Assembly (NCBI GenBank): GCA_964486635.1
Contig: CAZAOB010000001.1
Location: 84,745 to 148,744 of the forward strand
Origin: an uncultured Caulobacterales bacterium
GTDB taxonomy: Bacteria > Pseudomonadota > Alphaproteobacteria > Caulobacterales > Parvularculaceae
DNA length: 64,000 nucleotides
Direction of reading: 5' to 3'
Below the pieces are notes generated by a model. It did no database searches. It was given only the letters and a program-made list of their open reading frames with translations, and had not been told where the DNA came from. Made by a program: the position numbers and the translations under genes. This document shows positions 42,421 through 51,005 of the stretch, piece by piece. Position 1 is the stretch's first letter, and each line of letters starts with the position of its first letter.

Positions 42421-43824
42421 TCAAAACAGCCCGATGTCAGGCTGACTGAAGTTCGACAGACCGGGCAGCGCGTCGTTCAACTCGGAACTGTTCAATCCAA
42501 ACCAACCGCCCAAAGTGGCGGCTAGCTGGTCTACGGATGTTGTGGGAATGAGCCTGCCGTTGCCTGTGTCATAGGCATGTCCAATCGACGGCTCCGGGAA
42601 ATCGCCTACAATTCGCGCGCCGTTTACGCCGCCGCCTATGACCAGATGATGGCTCCCCCACCCGTGATCCGTTCCATCGCGGTTGATTGTCAGCGTTCGC
42701 CCGAAATCAGATGCGGTGAACGACACGACATCTCGATCGACGCCCATTTCCGCAGTAGCTTCGTAGAATGCACGCATGGAACTCGCGATATCCGTATGCA
42801 ACCGCGGTATGCTTTGGTGCTGGTCTGAGTGCGTGTCATATCCGCCGCCGCCAACGAAGAAAATCTGTCTTCCGACGCCCAGTGTCGATCGAAGTGCAAT
42901 GATTCTCGCGACAATCTGCAGCTGCGCTCCGAGGCTGCTTTGGGGAAACGCGGTTGCAAACGGTGCGGCCGACCCAAACGACTCACGCAATGTTTTGTTG
43001 GCGTCAATCGAACGGTTCATGACGCCAATAAAATCCCGTTGCAGGAGATTCCCCACAGTTTGACCTTCGGCGCGCAAATGAGACTCATAAATCGCGGGGA
43101 GCGAGCTAGAGCCAAATAGAGAGTTTTCTCCAACGCCGTTTATCTCCTGGGGACCATTCGAGCCGACCTGATACTGACCAACGATTTCACCCTGTAGAAA
43201 CACGGTCGTTCCAGAGGTGGACACTGTTGTGAATGTTGCATCCGTATTGCCAAAGGATGCGGCGATCATATCCGAGATGCGTCCGCCCCAACCATACTGC
43301 GCACCCTCAGGTCGAGACGACATCCAGACAGACTGCTGATCATTGTGAGAAAACAGTCGCGGCGGACGCGGCGCAGAGCGGTTCTCGTATTGAGTCCGGT
43401 TCAGGGGCACAACCAAAGGGCCCACATTTGAAACAATGGCGCCGTCGCCGCGATTGATGAGTTCATGCAACGGGCCAAGCTCGGGCGGCAACGCAAATTG
43501 GCGGCCGCCAAAAGCGCCCGCGTTTGCGAGCGTGAGCGGCATCAGTCGATCGCGCTCTCGAGTAGACCCGCCTTCATTGTTGTCATAGCGATCGAAAAGC
43601 TCTCGGCGAATATTTGCGTACTGATTATAGCTAGCAGTATCATAGGGGATGACCGTGTCATGACCATCCATACCGCCGAACAGAAACACGCATACGATTG
43701 CGCGATAGCCGGAAGTATCCGCTGCGAATGCATTGAATCGCATCAGGTCGTTTGCAAATCCGGCTGCGCCGCCGAGAGCGCAGGCAGCGCCACCTCTCAG
43801 GAAGTCTCTCCTGGATACACTCAT
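42421..43824 (-). CDS. DUF1501-family protein (Tat-exported, sulfatase/alkaline-phosphatase-fold)
   Basis: Twin-arginine leader MSVSRRDFLRGGAACALG and the DUF1501 N-terminal signature ..YRAIVCVFLFGGMDGHDTVIPY... C-terminal ..GTDHGWGSHHLVIGG... Confidence 0.85.
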   Translation of the reverse strand: MSVSRRDFLRGGAACALGGAAGFANDLMRFNAFAADTSGYRAIVCVFLFGGMDGHDTVIPYDTASYNQYANIRRELFDRYDNNEGGSTRERDRLMPLTLANAGAFGGRQFALPPELGPLHELINRGDGAIVSNVGPLVVPLNRTQYENRSAPRPPRLFSHNDQQSVWMSSRPEGAQYGWGGRISDMIAASFGNTDATFTTVSTSGTTVFLQGEIVGQYQVGSNGPQEINGVGENSLFGSSSLPAIYESHLRAEGQTVGNLLQRDFIGVMNRSIDANKTLRESFGSAAPFATAFPQSSLGAQLQIVARIIALRSTLGVGRQIFFVGGGGYDTHSDQHQSIPRLHTDIASSMRAFYEATAEMGVDRDVVSFTASDFGRTLTINRDGTDHGWGSHHLVIGGGVNGARIVGDFPEPSIGHAYDTGNGRLIPTTSVDQLAATLGGWFGLNSSELNDALPGLSNFSQPDIGLF

Positions 43825-43834
43825 GCTACAAATC

Positions 43835-45550
43835 CTATCTGGAGATGATGTAATCTGGGGATGTCATGACAAAGAGCACCGCCGTGCGGACGCGAAGCTC
43901 GTCTCGGCTGAAGGTTCCATTGCCGCCAGCGATTGCGTTAATTGCACTTACAATTCTGGATCGCGTCGAACCCGACAATGAGCGTGCCGTCAACAAAAGA
44001 TCGAGGTGATCGACGAGCGCCGCCGCATCGCCGGCGAGCGCCAATTCAGCCGTGTAGTCGGGAGCGAAGTTTGTGCGACCTCCGCGATTGACGATGAAGT
44101 CGTCCATAAAGTTCGCATAGCCGGTGACGCTGGCTGCCGTGGTGATCTGAAACTCTGGTGCGACCATTCCCGCTGCGGCGCTTTGCGTACCGGGCGCTAC
44201 GAAGCCAGGGCGATAGAAATTGAACACCGACGGAGATCTATAGGCCTGCTGATTTAGCCGAGCGGGTGAGCGGGTGTCGCGCACTTCCTCAACCGAGGCG
44301 ACGCGTGTGCGCGCGACTCCAAACGCCCGCGCCCAATGCGTGAAACGAATAACAGGTTCGCGGATCTTACCATAAGTGGAGTCAGCTGCAGCAGCCGGAC
44401 TGCGGGCCTCGACATCCATGAGGATCGCCGCAACCACCGCTCGCATGTCTCCGCGCCCGCCGCCTCCTGCAACTTCTCCGCCGGCGAACACATAGCGGCC
44501 ACTGCGAAAGGCATCCGCAACTCTGCCTACATATGCCGGAGATGGATTGCTGGTGACGAGGCGTTGTATCAACTGGCGCGAAATGAACGGCGCCGTATTC
44601 GGGTGCTGAAACAAAGTGTCCAGCGCAATTGAAATGCTTTGATCGCCGGATGTGTTGGCAGGTATGGTTCTGCCGAGGAATGACTTGGGTTCTTCCGAGT
44701 GCTCTTCATCATACATAGCGAGTGGCAGGTATTCAGAACGAACCGTGTCGGGCGATCCAAGAAACTGAGAGCGTTCGGCCCAGCTAAGGCCAGTAAAAAC
44801 TTTGGCAAGTTCCGTGACGTCGCCATTGTCATAGGTTTCAATTGGCTGGCCTCCGCCATCGAGACGAAGCTCGCCGTTAGGCGTTAACTCCAGTGTTCCG
44901 ATGGTGAAGAGCTGCATTATTTCACGCGCATAGTTCTCGTCTGGAACCACCTCGCGCGCAGCATCGGCCTTCTGATTTTGCAAGTAAGTCAGCCAAATCG
45001 CCATTGCGGGACTGTAGGTGACATTCCCCAAAGTCTGGCGGAAGTTCCCGAACGCGCCAGCCGACATCATATCCATGTAATTGGCCATGGCGACGGGCCG
45101 CTCCTCCAGCGCGCCGTCGCTGTAAGACGCGACCAGGATCTGTGAGAGCGCATAACCGACACGCTGTCGGAGTTGGTCATCGCCAGTTATCGCACGTGTC
45201 CAGAATGTCTCGCTAAGTTCGTTGCGACCCGCCTCGGCACCAGAGGCCTCCACCAGCAGAACGCTTTGCAACAGGGACTCCTGGGGCTTGGCGAACTGCC
45301 GATTGAACCAGGGTGCGTATCCGATCGAGCGCAACTCTTCGATGTCGGCGGTCGTTGCGCCAAAAGTCGCCTGGTTCAGAAATCGAGAAGCTTCGACCGC
45401 CGTAATCGCAGCCGTTGGCGAGGGCGCCGCCGCTTCTGGCGGCGGATCGCTGGGTGACTCGCTTCCACTGGAACAGGAGGCCGCGCCGACAAGCAGCGCT
45501 GCGCCTACCATTGCACGTTGAACGCATTTGACCGCGTGATTGATCGCCAT
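43835..45550 (-). CDS. DUF1800-family lipoprotein
   Basis: Lipobox LLVGAASC. Has the ..FLNQATFGAT..DIEELR..G...W...Q.. signature of DUF1800. Lies 10 nt upstream of its usual DUF1501 partner. Confidence 0.8.
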   Translation of the reverse strand: MAINHAVKCVQRAMVGAALLVGAASCSSGSESPSDPPPEAAAPSPTAAITAVEASRFLNQATFGATTADIEELRSIGYAPWFNRQFAKPQESLLQSVLLVEASGAEAGRNELSETFWTRAITGDDQLRQRVGYALSQILVASYSDGALEERPVAMANYMDMMSAGAFGNFRQTLGNVTYSPAMAIWLTYLQNQKADAAREVVPDENYAREIMQLFTIGTLELTPNGELRLDGGGQPIETYDNGDVTELAKVFTGLSWAERSQFLGSPDTVRSEYLPLAMYDEEHSEEPKSFLGRTIPANTSGDQSISIALDTLFQHPNTAPFISRQLIQRLVTSNPSPAYVGRVADAFRSGRYVFAGGEVAGGGGRGDMRAVVAAILMDVEARSPAAAADSTYGKIREPVIRFTHWARAFGVARTRVASVEEVRDTRSPARLNQQAYRSPSVFNFYRPGFVAPGTQSAAAGMVAPEFQITTAASVTGYANFMDDFIVNRGGRTNFAPDYTAELALAGDAAALVDHLDLLLTARSLSGSTRSRIVSAINAIAGGNGTFSRDELRVRTAVLFVMTSPDYIISR

Positions 45551-45644
45551 TCACCCAACTCCCGAATTCCGCGAAGTAGTGCGCGCGCGTCCGGTAACGG
45601 TAGGTGAAACCTAGCTGTGCAATTTGTCTAAACTGATCGGCATC

Positions 45645-45674
45645 GAAAAAAGCGCAGCATTTATGCGCCGCTTT
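45645..45674 (-). terminator. Putative rho-independent terminator after the RTX protease gene
   Basis: Minus strand: AAGCGGCGCA-TAAA-TGCTGCGCTT (imperfect stem) followed by TTTT, about 55 nt after the stop at 45728. Confidence 0.55.
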
Positions 45675-45727
45675 GCGAACATGGATTATTCTTCAGAATT
45701 CCAGACTGAAGAAAGCTCACACTTTTA

Positions 45728-48700
45728 CTAAAACAAAAAGTCATCCTGATGGAGGTCGGCGACGAGGACGCCATTGAGGGTGATGGAGCCCGCGCCAAGG
45801 ATGATGGTGGTGTCGGTTCCGTCGTCGGATGCGTTGGCGAGAATGTCGGCGAACTCATCGAACGCCGCGCCGAAGCCCGAGATGAAGATGACATCGTCGC
45901 TGGCTTCGCCCGCATTGAAGCCGTTGATGAGGTCGTCGCCGTCTCCCATGGCGTATTCAAAACGGTCATCGCCACCGCCGCCATTGATTTCATCATCGCC
46001 GGTTCCGCCGATCAGCGTGTCATTCCCGACATCGCCCAAGAGCACATCATTGTCTGCGCCGCCGTTGAGCAGATCATCGCCGCCGCCGCCATTCAGCGTG
46101 TCGTTTCCGGCGTCGCCATAAAGCTCGTCATTGTCCACATTGCCGAAGAGCTGATCGGCGCCGTCACCGCCACTCAACGTGTCGAGGCCGGCCCCGCCAA
46201 ACAGCGTGTCGTTTCCGCCTTCGCCGTTGAGCAAGTCGTTGCCATTAGACCCGGCGAGAAGATCGTCGCCGGTCCCGCCATTCAGCGTGTCGGTTCCATT
46301 GCCGCCATAGAGTTCGTCATTTTCGGTTCCGCCGAACAGCAGATCATCGCCATCGCCGCCGAGCACGGTGTCATTGCCGGCGTCGCCATGGACCGTGTCA
46401 TCGCCGCGTGTGCCGGCGACGAGATCATTTCCGTCATCGCCGTGGACGAGATCGTCGTCATTGCCGCCCACAGCGGTGTCGCTTCCCGCGCCGCCATAGA
46501 CTTCGTCAAAGCCGCGCGTGCCGGAGATGTTGTCATTGCCGTCGCCGCCCAGCACAGTGTCGTTCCCGTCGCCGCCCAGCACAGTGTCGTCGCTGATCCC
46601 GCCATCGACAAAATCATTGCCGGCATTGCCGGTCAGCAGATCCGAGCCCGGGCCGCCATCCAGAGTGTCGGCGCCGGAACCGCCGTAAAGCTCATCAGTG
46701 CCGTTGCCGCCTTCGAGATAGTCATCGCCCTCGCCGCCAGCGAGCGTGTCGGAACCAAACCCCGCCGAGAGATGATCGCCTTCCGCGCCGCCGAAAAGCT
46801 GGTCATTACCATCACCGCCATAAAGAAGATCCTGGCCAGCGCCGCCGGCAAGCGTATCGAAACCGGCGTTGCCGCGAATCTCGTTGTTGGCGGAGTTGCC
46901 GGCGAGAAAGTCATTTCCCGATCCGGCGTCCATGTTTTCGATGACCGTATCCGGCGCAATGAACAACGTCCGGTGGTTGACGCCGATCAACGATCCGTCC
47001 GTCAGTGAGTAATAGGAAATGTCCGTACCCACATCGATCCACGACCCGGGCGTCAGATTGATGGAAAGGTCGGATGTTCCCGGCAGGTTCAACGTATCGT
47101 TTCCGCCATAGTCCCAAATCGTGGCGAAGATACGGTCAGTATTTTGCAGCGCATAAATCGTGTCGCCGCCGAGCGTCGTCGTGTTGACGCCATAAGCGGC
47201 CTGCAGCGCCTGAATGTCGAGCCACATCAATGTCTGAGGGAACAAATCAGGCAGCGCATCGACGCCGAGCGCGCGAAACCCGGACCGGCTCATGATCGAA
47301 TATTCGCCGCCTAGGAGTTTGAAATCGACGACGGACGCGAGGGCGGAGAAATCGGGATGCAACAGGCCGAGATTATGCGTGAACTCGTGAAGCGTGCGGT
47401 TATAGAGAAAATTATCGGTCGAAAGGCCCGCAGCGCCGAAATTGCGGAAGATTTCCGCATTCTCTTCGCCCTTGTCGACATTGACCCAGGTTTCGCCGGC
47501 CATCGTCCAGCCGGGAAAGCCCGACCAGCCAGTGACCAGCGCGCCGGACGCGCTGCCGAGTTCAATATCGGTATCGCCTATGCGGAACGTACCGGCCTCA
47601 ACGCCCGCATCGTCGACTTGGACAAACTGGATATTCGTCAACAGTTCGATATGGGCGATATTCGTCAGAAAGGCGTCGAGGACCACTCCGCTCGCGGGCA
47701 CGTATCCGATATTCCATTCCGACGCGACTGCGTTTTGAACGCCGGGCGACGTCGCCGCAACTGCACCAGGAATGCTGTAGGTGAGCGTCGTGACGCCGTC
47801 GCCGTCACGGTCGAGAAAGATGGGTTCCGGCGCGGTTGGGTCGGTGTATGTGAAGAAAATATCGATTTCAGCGTTGCCAGTAAGCGTGAAGATTTCGCTG
47901 GCACGGATTGAATAGGCGCCGCGATCATGGGCGGACACCGATACGCTGTAGTCGCCGACGGTTTCGCCGGCGCCCGCGCCGATGGTGATGTAATAGATTC
48001 CCGTCGAATCCGGTGTGAATGTAATCTGGTGCGCGTCGAATGGTCCGCCCGCGGTGAACGTTCCTTCGGCGGCGGCTGTTTCGATCAACATCGGATCGAC
48101 CGGATCACCGGAAGCGTCCACGAAGGTTACGATTTCAATATCGTCGATTTCACCGAAAAATCCGATGTCATTACCGTAAACCGTAATGTCGACGGCAACG
48201 CCTGCTTCGAGCGAGAGCGCGATTGTATCGGTGTCGCCATTGCTGCCGATATGACCGTCCTGCGTCTCCCAGATCGCGATCGGGTTGCTGGGATCGAGGT
48301 CGTTGGAAAAATCGTCCGCTGGCGCTGTAAACTCTTCGACACTTAGCGCCCAGCTTCCGCCGAGATCGCCGGAAAAGTTCGGACTGACAACGACAAAATA
48401 GGTCCCGTTTGCGGCAGGGGTGAACAGCAGCATGGCGGCGAGGCCGGCGGCGCTGTCATCGTCGGAAAATCCGAGGGAGGCGCCCGAAGCATTCAGAATG
48501 TCGCCAATGCGCGTATCGAAATCTGACGTCGTGCCGCTGTTTTCCGGCGTCAGCGTAATCCGGTAGGTTTGTCCGGCCAGGAGATCGACGCCAATCGCAT
48601 CGCGGTCGAAAAATTCACTCCCGGGAGAGGTAAAGCCAATATAAGTGCCGCCCACAGCTACGCGCTCGGGCGAAGTGTGATCGCCTGGGATCGTCGTCAT
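45728..48700 (-). CDS. Secreted RTX-repeat metzincin (serralysin-like zinc protease) with two N-terminal PPC-like beta-sandwich domains; probable type-I secretion substrate
   Basis: HEFTHNLGLLH (HExxHxxGxxH) encoded at 47357-47389 with a downstream SIMS Met-turn. A long block of GGxGxDxUx nonapeptides follows. Acidic/hydrophobic C-terminus ending ..DLHQDDFLF, with no N-terminal signal peptide. Confidence 0.9.
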   Translation of the reverse strand: MTTIPGDHTSPERVAVGGTYIGFTSPGSEFFDRDAIGVDLLAGQTYRITLTPENSGTTSDFDTRIGDILNASGASLGFSDDDSAAGLAAMLLFTPAANGTYFVVVSPNFSGDLGGSWALSVEEFTAPADDFSNDLDPSNPIAIWETQDGHIGSNGDTDTIALSLEAGVAVDITVYGNDIGFFGEIDDIEIVTFVDASGDPVDPMLIETAAAEGTFTAGGPFDAHQITFTPDSTGIYYITIGAGAGETVGDYSVSVSAHDRGAYSIRASEIFTLTGNAEIDIFFTYTDPTAPEPIFLDRDGDGVTTLTYSIPGAVAATSPGVQNAVASEWNIGYVPASGVVLDAFLTNIAHIELLTNIQFVQVDDAGVEAGTFRIGDTDIELGSASGALVTGWSGFPGWTMAGETWVNVDKGEENAEIFRNFGAAGLSTDNFLYNRTLHEFTHNLGLLHPDFSALASVVDFKLLGGEYSIMSRSGFRALGVDALPDLFPQTLMWLDIQALQAAYGVNTTTLGGDTIYALQNTDRIFATIWDYGGNDTLNLPGTSDLSINLTPGSWIDVGTDISYYSLTDGSLIGVNHRTLFIAPDTVIENMDAGSGNDFLAGNSANNEIRGNAGFDTLAGGAGQDLLYGGDGNDQLFGGAEGDHLSAGFGSDTLAGGEGDDYLEGGNGTDELYGGSGADTLDGGPGSDLLTGNAGNDFVDGGISDDTVLGGDGNDTVLGGDGNDNISGTRGFDEVYGGAGSDTAVGGNDDDLVHGDDGNDLVAGTRGDDTVHGDAGNDTVLGGDGDDLLFGGTENDELYGGNGTDTLNGGTGDDLLAGSNGNDLLNGEGGNDTLFGGAGLDTLSGGDGADQLFGNVDNDELYGDAGNDTLNGGGGDDLLNGGADNDVLLGDVGNDTLIGGTGDDEINGGGGDDRFEYAMGDGDDLINGFNAGEASDDVIFISGFGAAFDEFADILANASDDGTDTTIILGAGSITLNGVLVADLHQDDFLF
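45965..46930 (-). repeat. Coding tandem repeats: RTX (hemolysin-type Ca-binding) nonapeptide array, roughly three dozen units
   Basis: Protein segment ..GNAGFDTLAGGAGQDLLYGGDGNDQLFGG...GGGGDDRFEY. The repeat periodicity also produces a long spurious ORF on the opposite strand. Confidence 0.9.
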
Positions 48701-49276
48701 TGTCTAGAGCCCCTCAGTCGTGCCGCGGAGCGGCGGTTTCAAAAACGGGCCCCCGCCTATCTTCAAAACGCTGCAACCCTGATGGAAATCCCGCATCTGT
48801 TCAAGGTGTTCTTTGCCAAACTGACACTACATCATGCAAATCGGACTGAACGCGGTAGCTTCTGTGCGGCGCAACATAGCTACTTTCCGTTCAATTCAGC
48901 CGGAGCAAATGCGGACGCGATTAAATCGCCTCACTTCTGCCCGAGAAAAGCGGACTCCTGCGGAAAACCAGCGGGGCATAGGCGTGAAACTCGCTGATAG
49001 CACAGTGGCGCAAGTTGGAGATTGAACTCTGGGATCTATACTCATTCGCAATCCTCCAAGCATCGAACTCAGCCTGGTTAGTTTGTGGCCGGAACTCTCA
49101 GCACCAATAGTTCTTCGATTCCCGACTCGAGCCGAGCCGACACTCATGGTTGCAAATTGCTGAACTTCACCTCTCATCCAGAAAAATCAATCGTTTAACC
49201 CACTTACGCCGGTTAGCATCTTTGGATATGGTGACCGAAATTTGTGCGAGCCTCTCGCATACCGGGGAAACTGAAG

Positions 49277-50950
49277 ATGACAAACATTTTTATCAGCTAT
49301 TCACGCAATGATCGTCAGATCGTGCAGCAGATGGCAACAGCCCTGCAACAAGACGGCTTCAACGTTTGGTGGGACAGGGAAATTCCGCCGGGCAGCACAT
49401 TTGCAGACGTAATTGATAAGCGACTGAATGAGGCACACTGCGTTCTGGTGATCTGGTCTTCGTCTTCAGTGAAGTCGAACTGGGTGCAAGAAGAGGCAGA
49501 TGACGGACTGCAAAGTGGCCGCTTGATTCCGGTCATGATCGAAGAGATTGATCTGCCGCGTGGCTTCAAGCGCCTGCAAACTGCTAACCTGATCAACTGG
49601 CGAGGTGATCGCGCCGCACCAGAGTGGGTCAGCGTTGTCTCCGAAGTGCGCCGCCTTGTCGCGCAGGGCCAGGCTGCATCCGCACCGAAAGCGGCGGCTC
49701 CAAGGATTGCAACGCCAAAGCCCGCTGCACCAAAACAGTCAGCGCCGAAACCTGTTGCGCAGAAAGCATTGCCTTCACATGCGCCGAAGCAACCCAACGC
49801 GGCATCCAGCAGGCGCACAACGCCTCAGCCCGCCGCGAGGCAAGCGCCTGTCCCAACGCCGAAGAAGTCTGGCGGAGCCGGAGCGATTTTGGGACTGGTT
49901 GCTGTCTTCGTCGTCGCACTTGGCGCTGGCGGCTATTTTTTTCTAAAGTCTAAATCCGGCGAAGTGGTCCAAGCAGAAGCCGAAAGCCATCCCATTGCAT
50001 CAAGCGAGTTGCAAACCGCTGAAGCGACAGTTCCCGCGCCGGATGTTGGCGCAGCTCTGAATGAGGGTGTGGCGGAGCCGGCGGATGGAAACCTCACAGT
50101 ACTTGCCGCAGCTGACACTGAGTCGATGGCCGACCCGGTAGACGAGGTCCCAGTCGAAACCACTCCCGAGGTGACGGATGTGGAGCCACACAAGCCTCAG
50201 CCAGGTGAGATAATTCAAGATTGCGGATCTTGTCCGGAACTCGTGGTGATTGCTGCAGGCGCTTCGGTCATGGGCGCCCCCGATGGAGAGCGCAGCAGCG
50301 AAGCGGTCGAGACACCACAGATCCAAGTGCGCTTGGACTATTCATTTGCAATCGGGCGCTTTGAAGTAACACATGAACAGTGGGCGGCTTGCCTCGCCGA
50401 TGGCGGCTGCGGAGCATACGAACCAAGTGATAATGGCTGGGGTCGAGGCAACCGACCTGTGATCAATGTGTCTTACGACAATGCACTAGAGTACGTGGCG
50501 TGGCTGTCTGCAAAAACTGGCGCAAAATATCGTTTGCCCAGCGAGTCGGAGTGGGAGTTCGCCGCTCGTTCCGGAACTACCACGCCATTTTCGACTGGCG
50601 ACACTATTTCCACGCGCCAAGCAAACTTTAACGGCCAATATCCCTATGCTGGCGGAGCGCAGGAGCGATCTGCAGGAAAAACACTTGCGGTTGGAAGTTT
50701 TTCGCCAAATGCGTTCGGCATTTTTGACACGCAAGGCAACGTGTGGGAGTGGGTTAGCGATTGCTGGAAGCCTTCGCACCGCGATGCCGACCCATCAGGC
50801 ACGCCAGTTGGCGGCGTATGCTCACAGAGGGTATTGAAAGGCGGTGCCTGGAACGGCGGCGCGTGGCGTGCCCGCTCAGCACACAGAAAGCCCGCCAAGT
50901 CTTCGACCGGCGACTATGATGCTGGTTTTCGCGTGGTCCGTGAATTGTAA
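49277..50950 (+). CDS. Single-pass membrane protein: N-terminal TIR domain, Pro/Ala/Lys-rich linker, TM helix, C-terminal FGE-sulfatase-like (FGS/SUMF1-type) domain
   Basis: TIR_2-type start MTNIFISYSRNDRQ.., ..VLVIWSSSSVKSNWVQEE.. (S.W...E motif). TM GAGAILGLVAVFVVALGAGGYFFL (about 49871-49945). FGE fold motifs ..RFEVTHEQW.., ..RLPSESEWEFAAR.., ..GNVWEWVSDCW.., ..VLKGGAW.., ..GFRVVR... Start set to ATG 49277 behind GGGGAAA. Confidence 0.85.
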   Translation: MTNIFISYSRNDRQIVQQMATALQQDGFNVWWDREIPPGSTFADVIDKRLNEAHCVLVIWSSSSVKSNWVQEEADDGLQSGRLIPVMIEEIDLPRGFKRLQTANLINWRGDRAAPEWVSVVSEVRRLVAQGQAASAPKAAAPRIATPKPAAPKQSAPKPVAQKALPSHAPKQPNAASSRRTTPQPAARQAPVPTPKKSGGAGAILGLVAVFVVALGAGGYFFLKSKSGEVVQAEAESHPIASSELQTAEATVPAPDVGAALNEGVAEPADGNLTVLAAADTESMADPVDEVPVETTPEVTDVEPHKPQPGEIIQDCGSCPELVVIAAGASVMGAPDGERSSEAVETPQIQVRLDYSFAIGRFEVTHEQWAACLADGGCGAYEPSDNGWGRGNRPVINVSYDNALEYVAWLSAKTGAKYRLPSESEWEFAARSGTTTPFSTGDTISTRQANFNGQYPYAGGAQERSAGKTLAVGSFSPNAFGIFDTQGNVWEWVSDCWKPSHRDADPSGTPVGGVCSQRVLKGGAWNGGAWRARSAHRKPAKSSTGDYDAGFRVVREL

Positions 50951-51005
50951 CGACGATTTATTTGGCCGTTTTCCGTATGCATTGACGCTGGTTCCTGCTC
51001 GACGT

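Noticed and set aside
45965-46930. Regular short repeats that could superficially suggest a CRISPR array or VNTR.
   Set aside because: The period is 27 nt (nonapeptide) and in frame within a coding sequence, with no spacer/repeat alternation and no cas genes. These are RTX calcium-binding repeats.
45749-47008. 419-aa ORF on the plus strand (plus several 60-115-aa ORFs) across the RTX repeat block.
   Set aside because: It lies antisense to the well-supported RTX metzincin gene. Its translation is a monotonous Ala/Ile/Val/Gly repeat produced by reading GGxGxD codons backwards, which is a periodicity artefact and not a gene.
42421-50950. Idea that the FGE-like domain of the TIR protein matures the sulfatase-fold DUF1501 protein encoded 5 kb away.
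   Set aside because: The FGE-like domain lacks both catalytic cysteines. The genes are in different transcription units, separated by the RTX gene and two terminators. The TIR gene also sits in compositionally distinct DNA.
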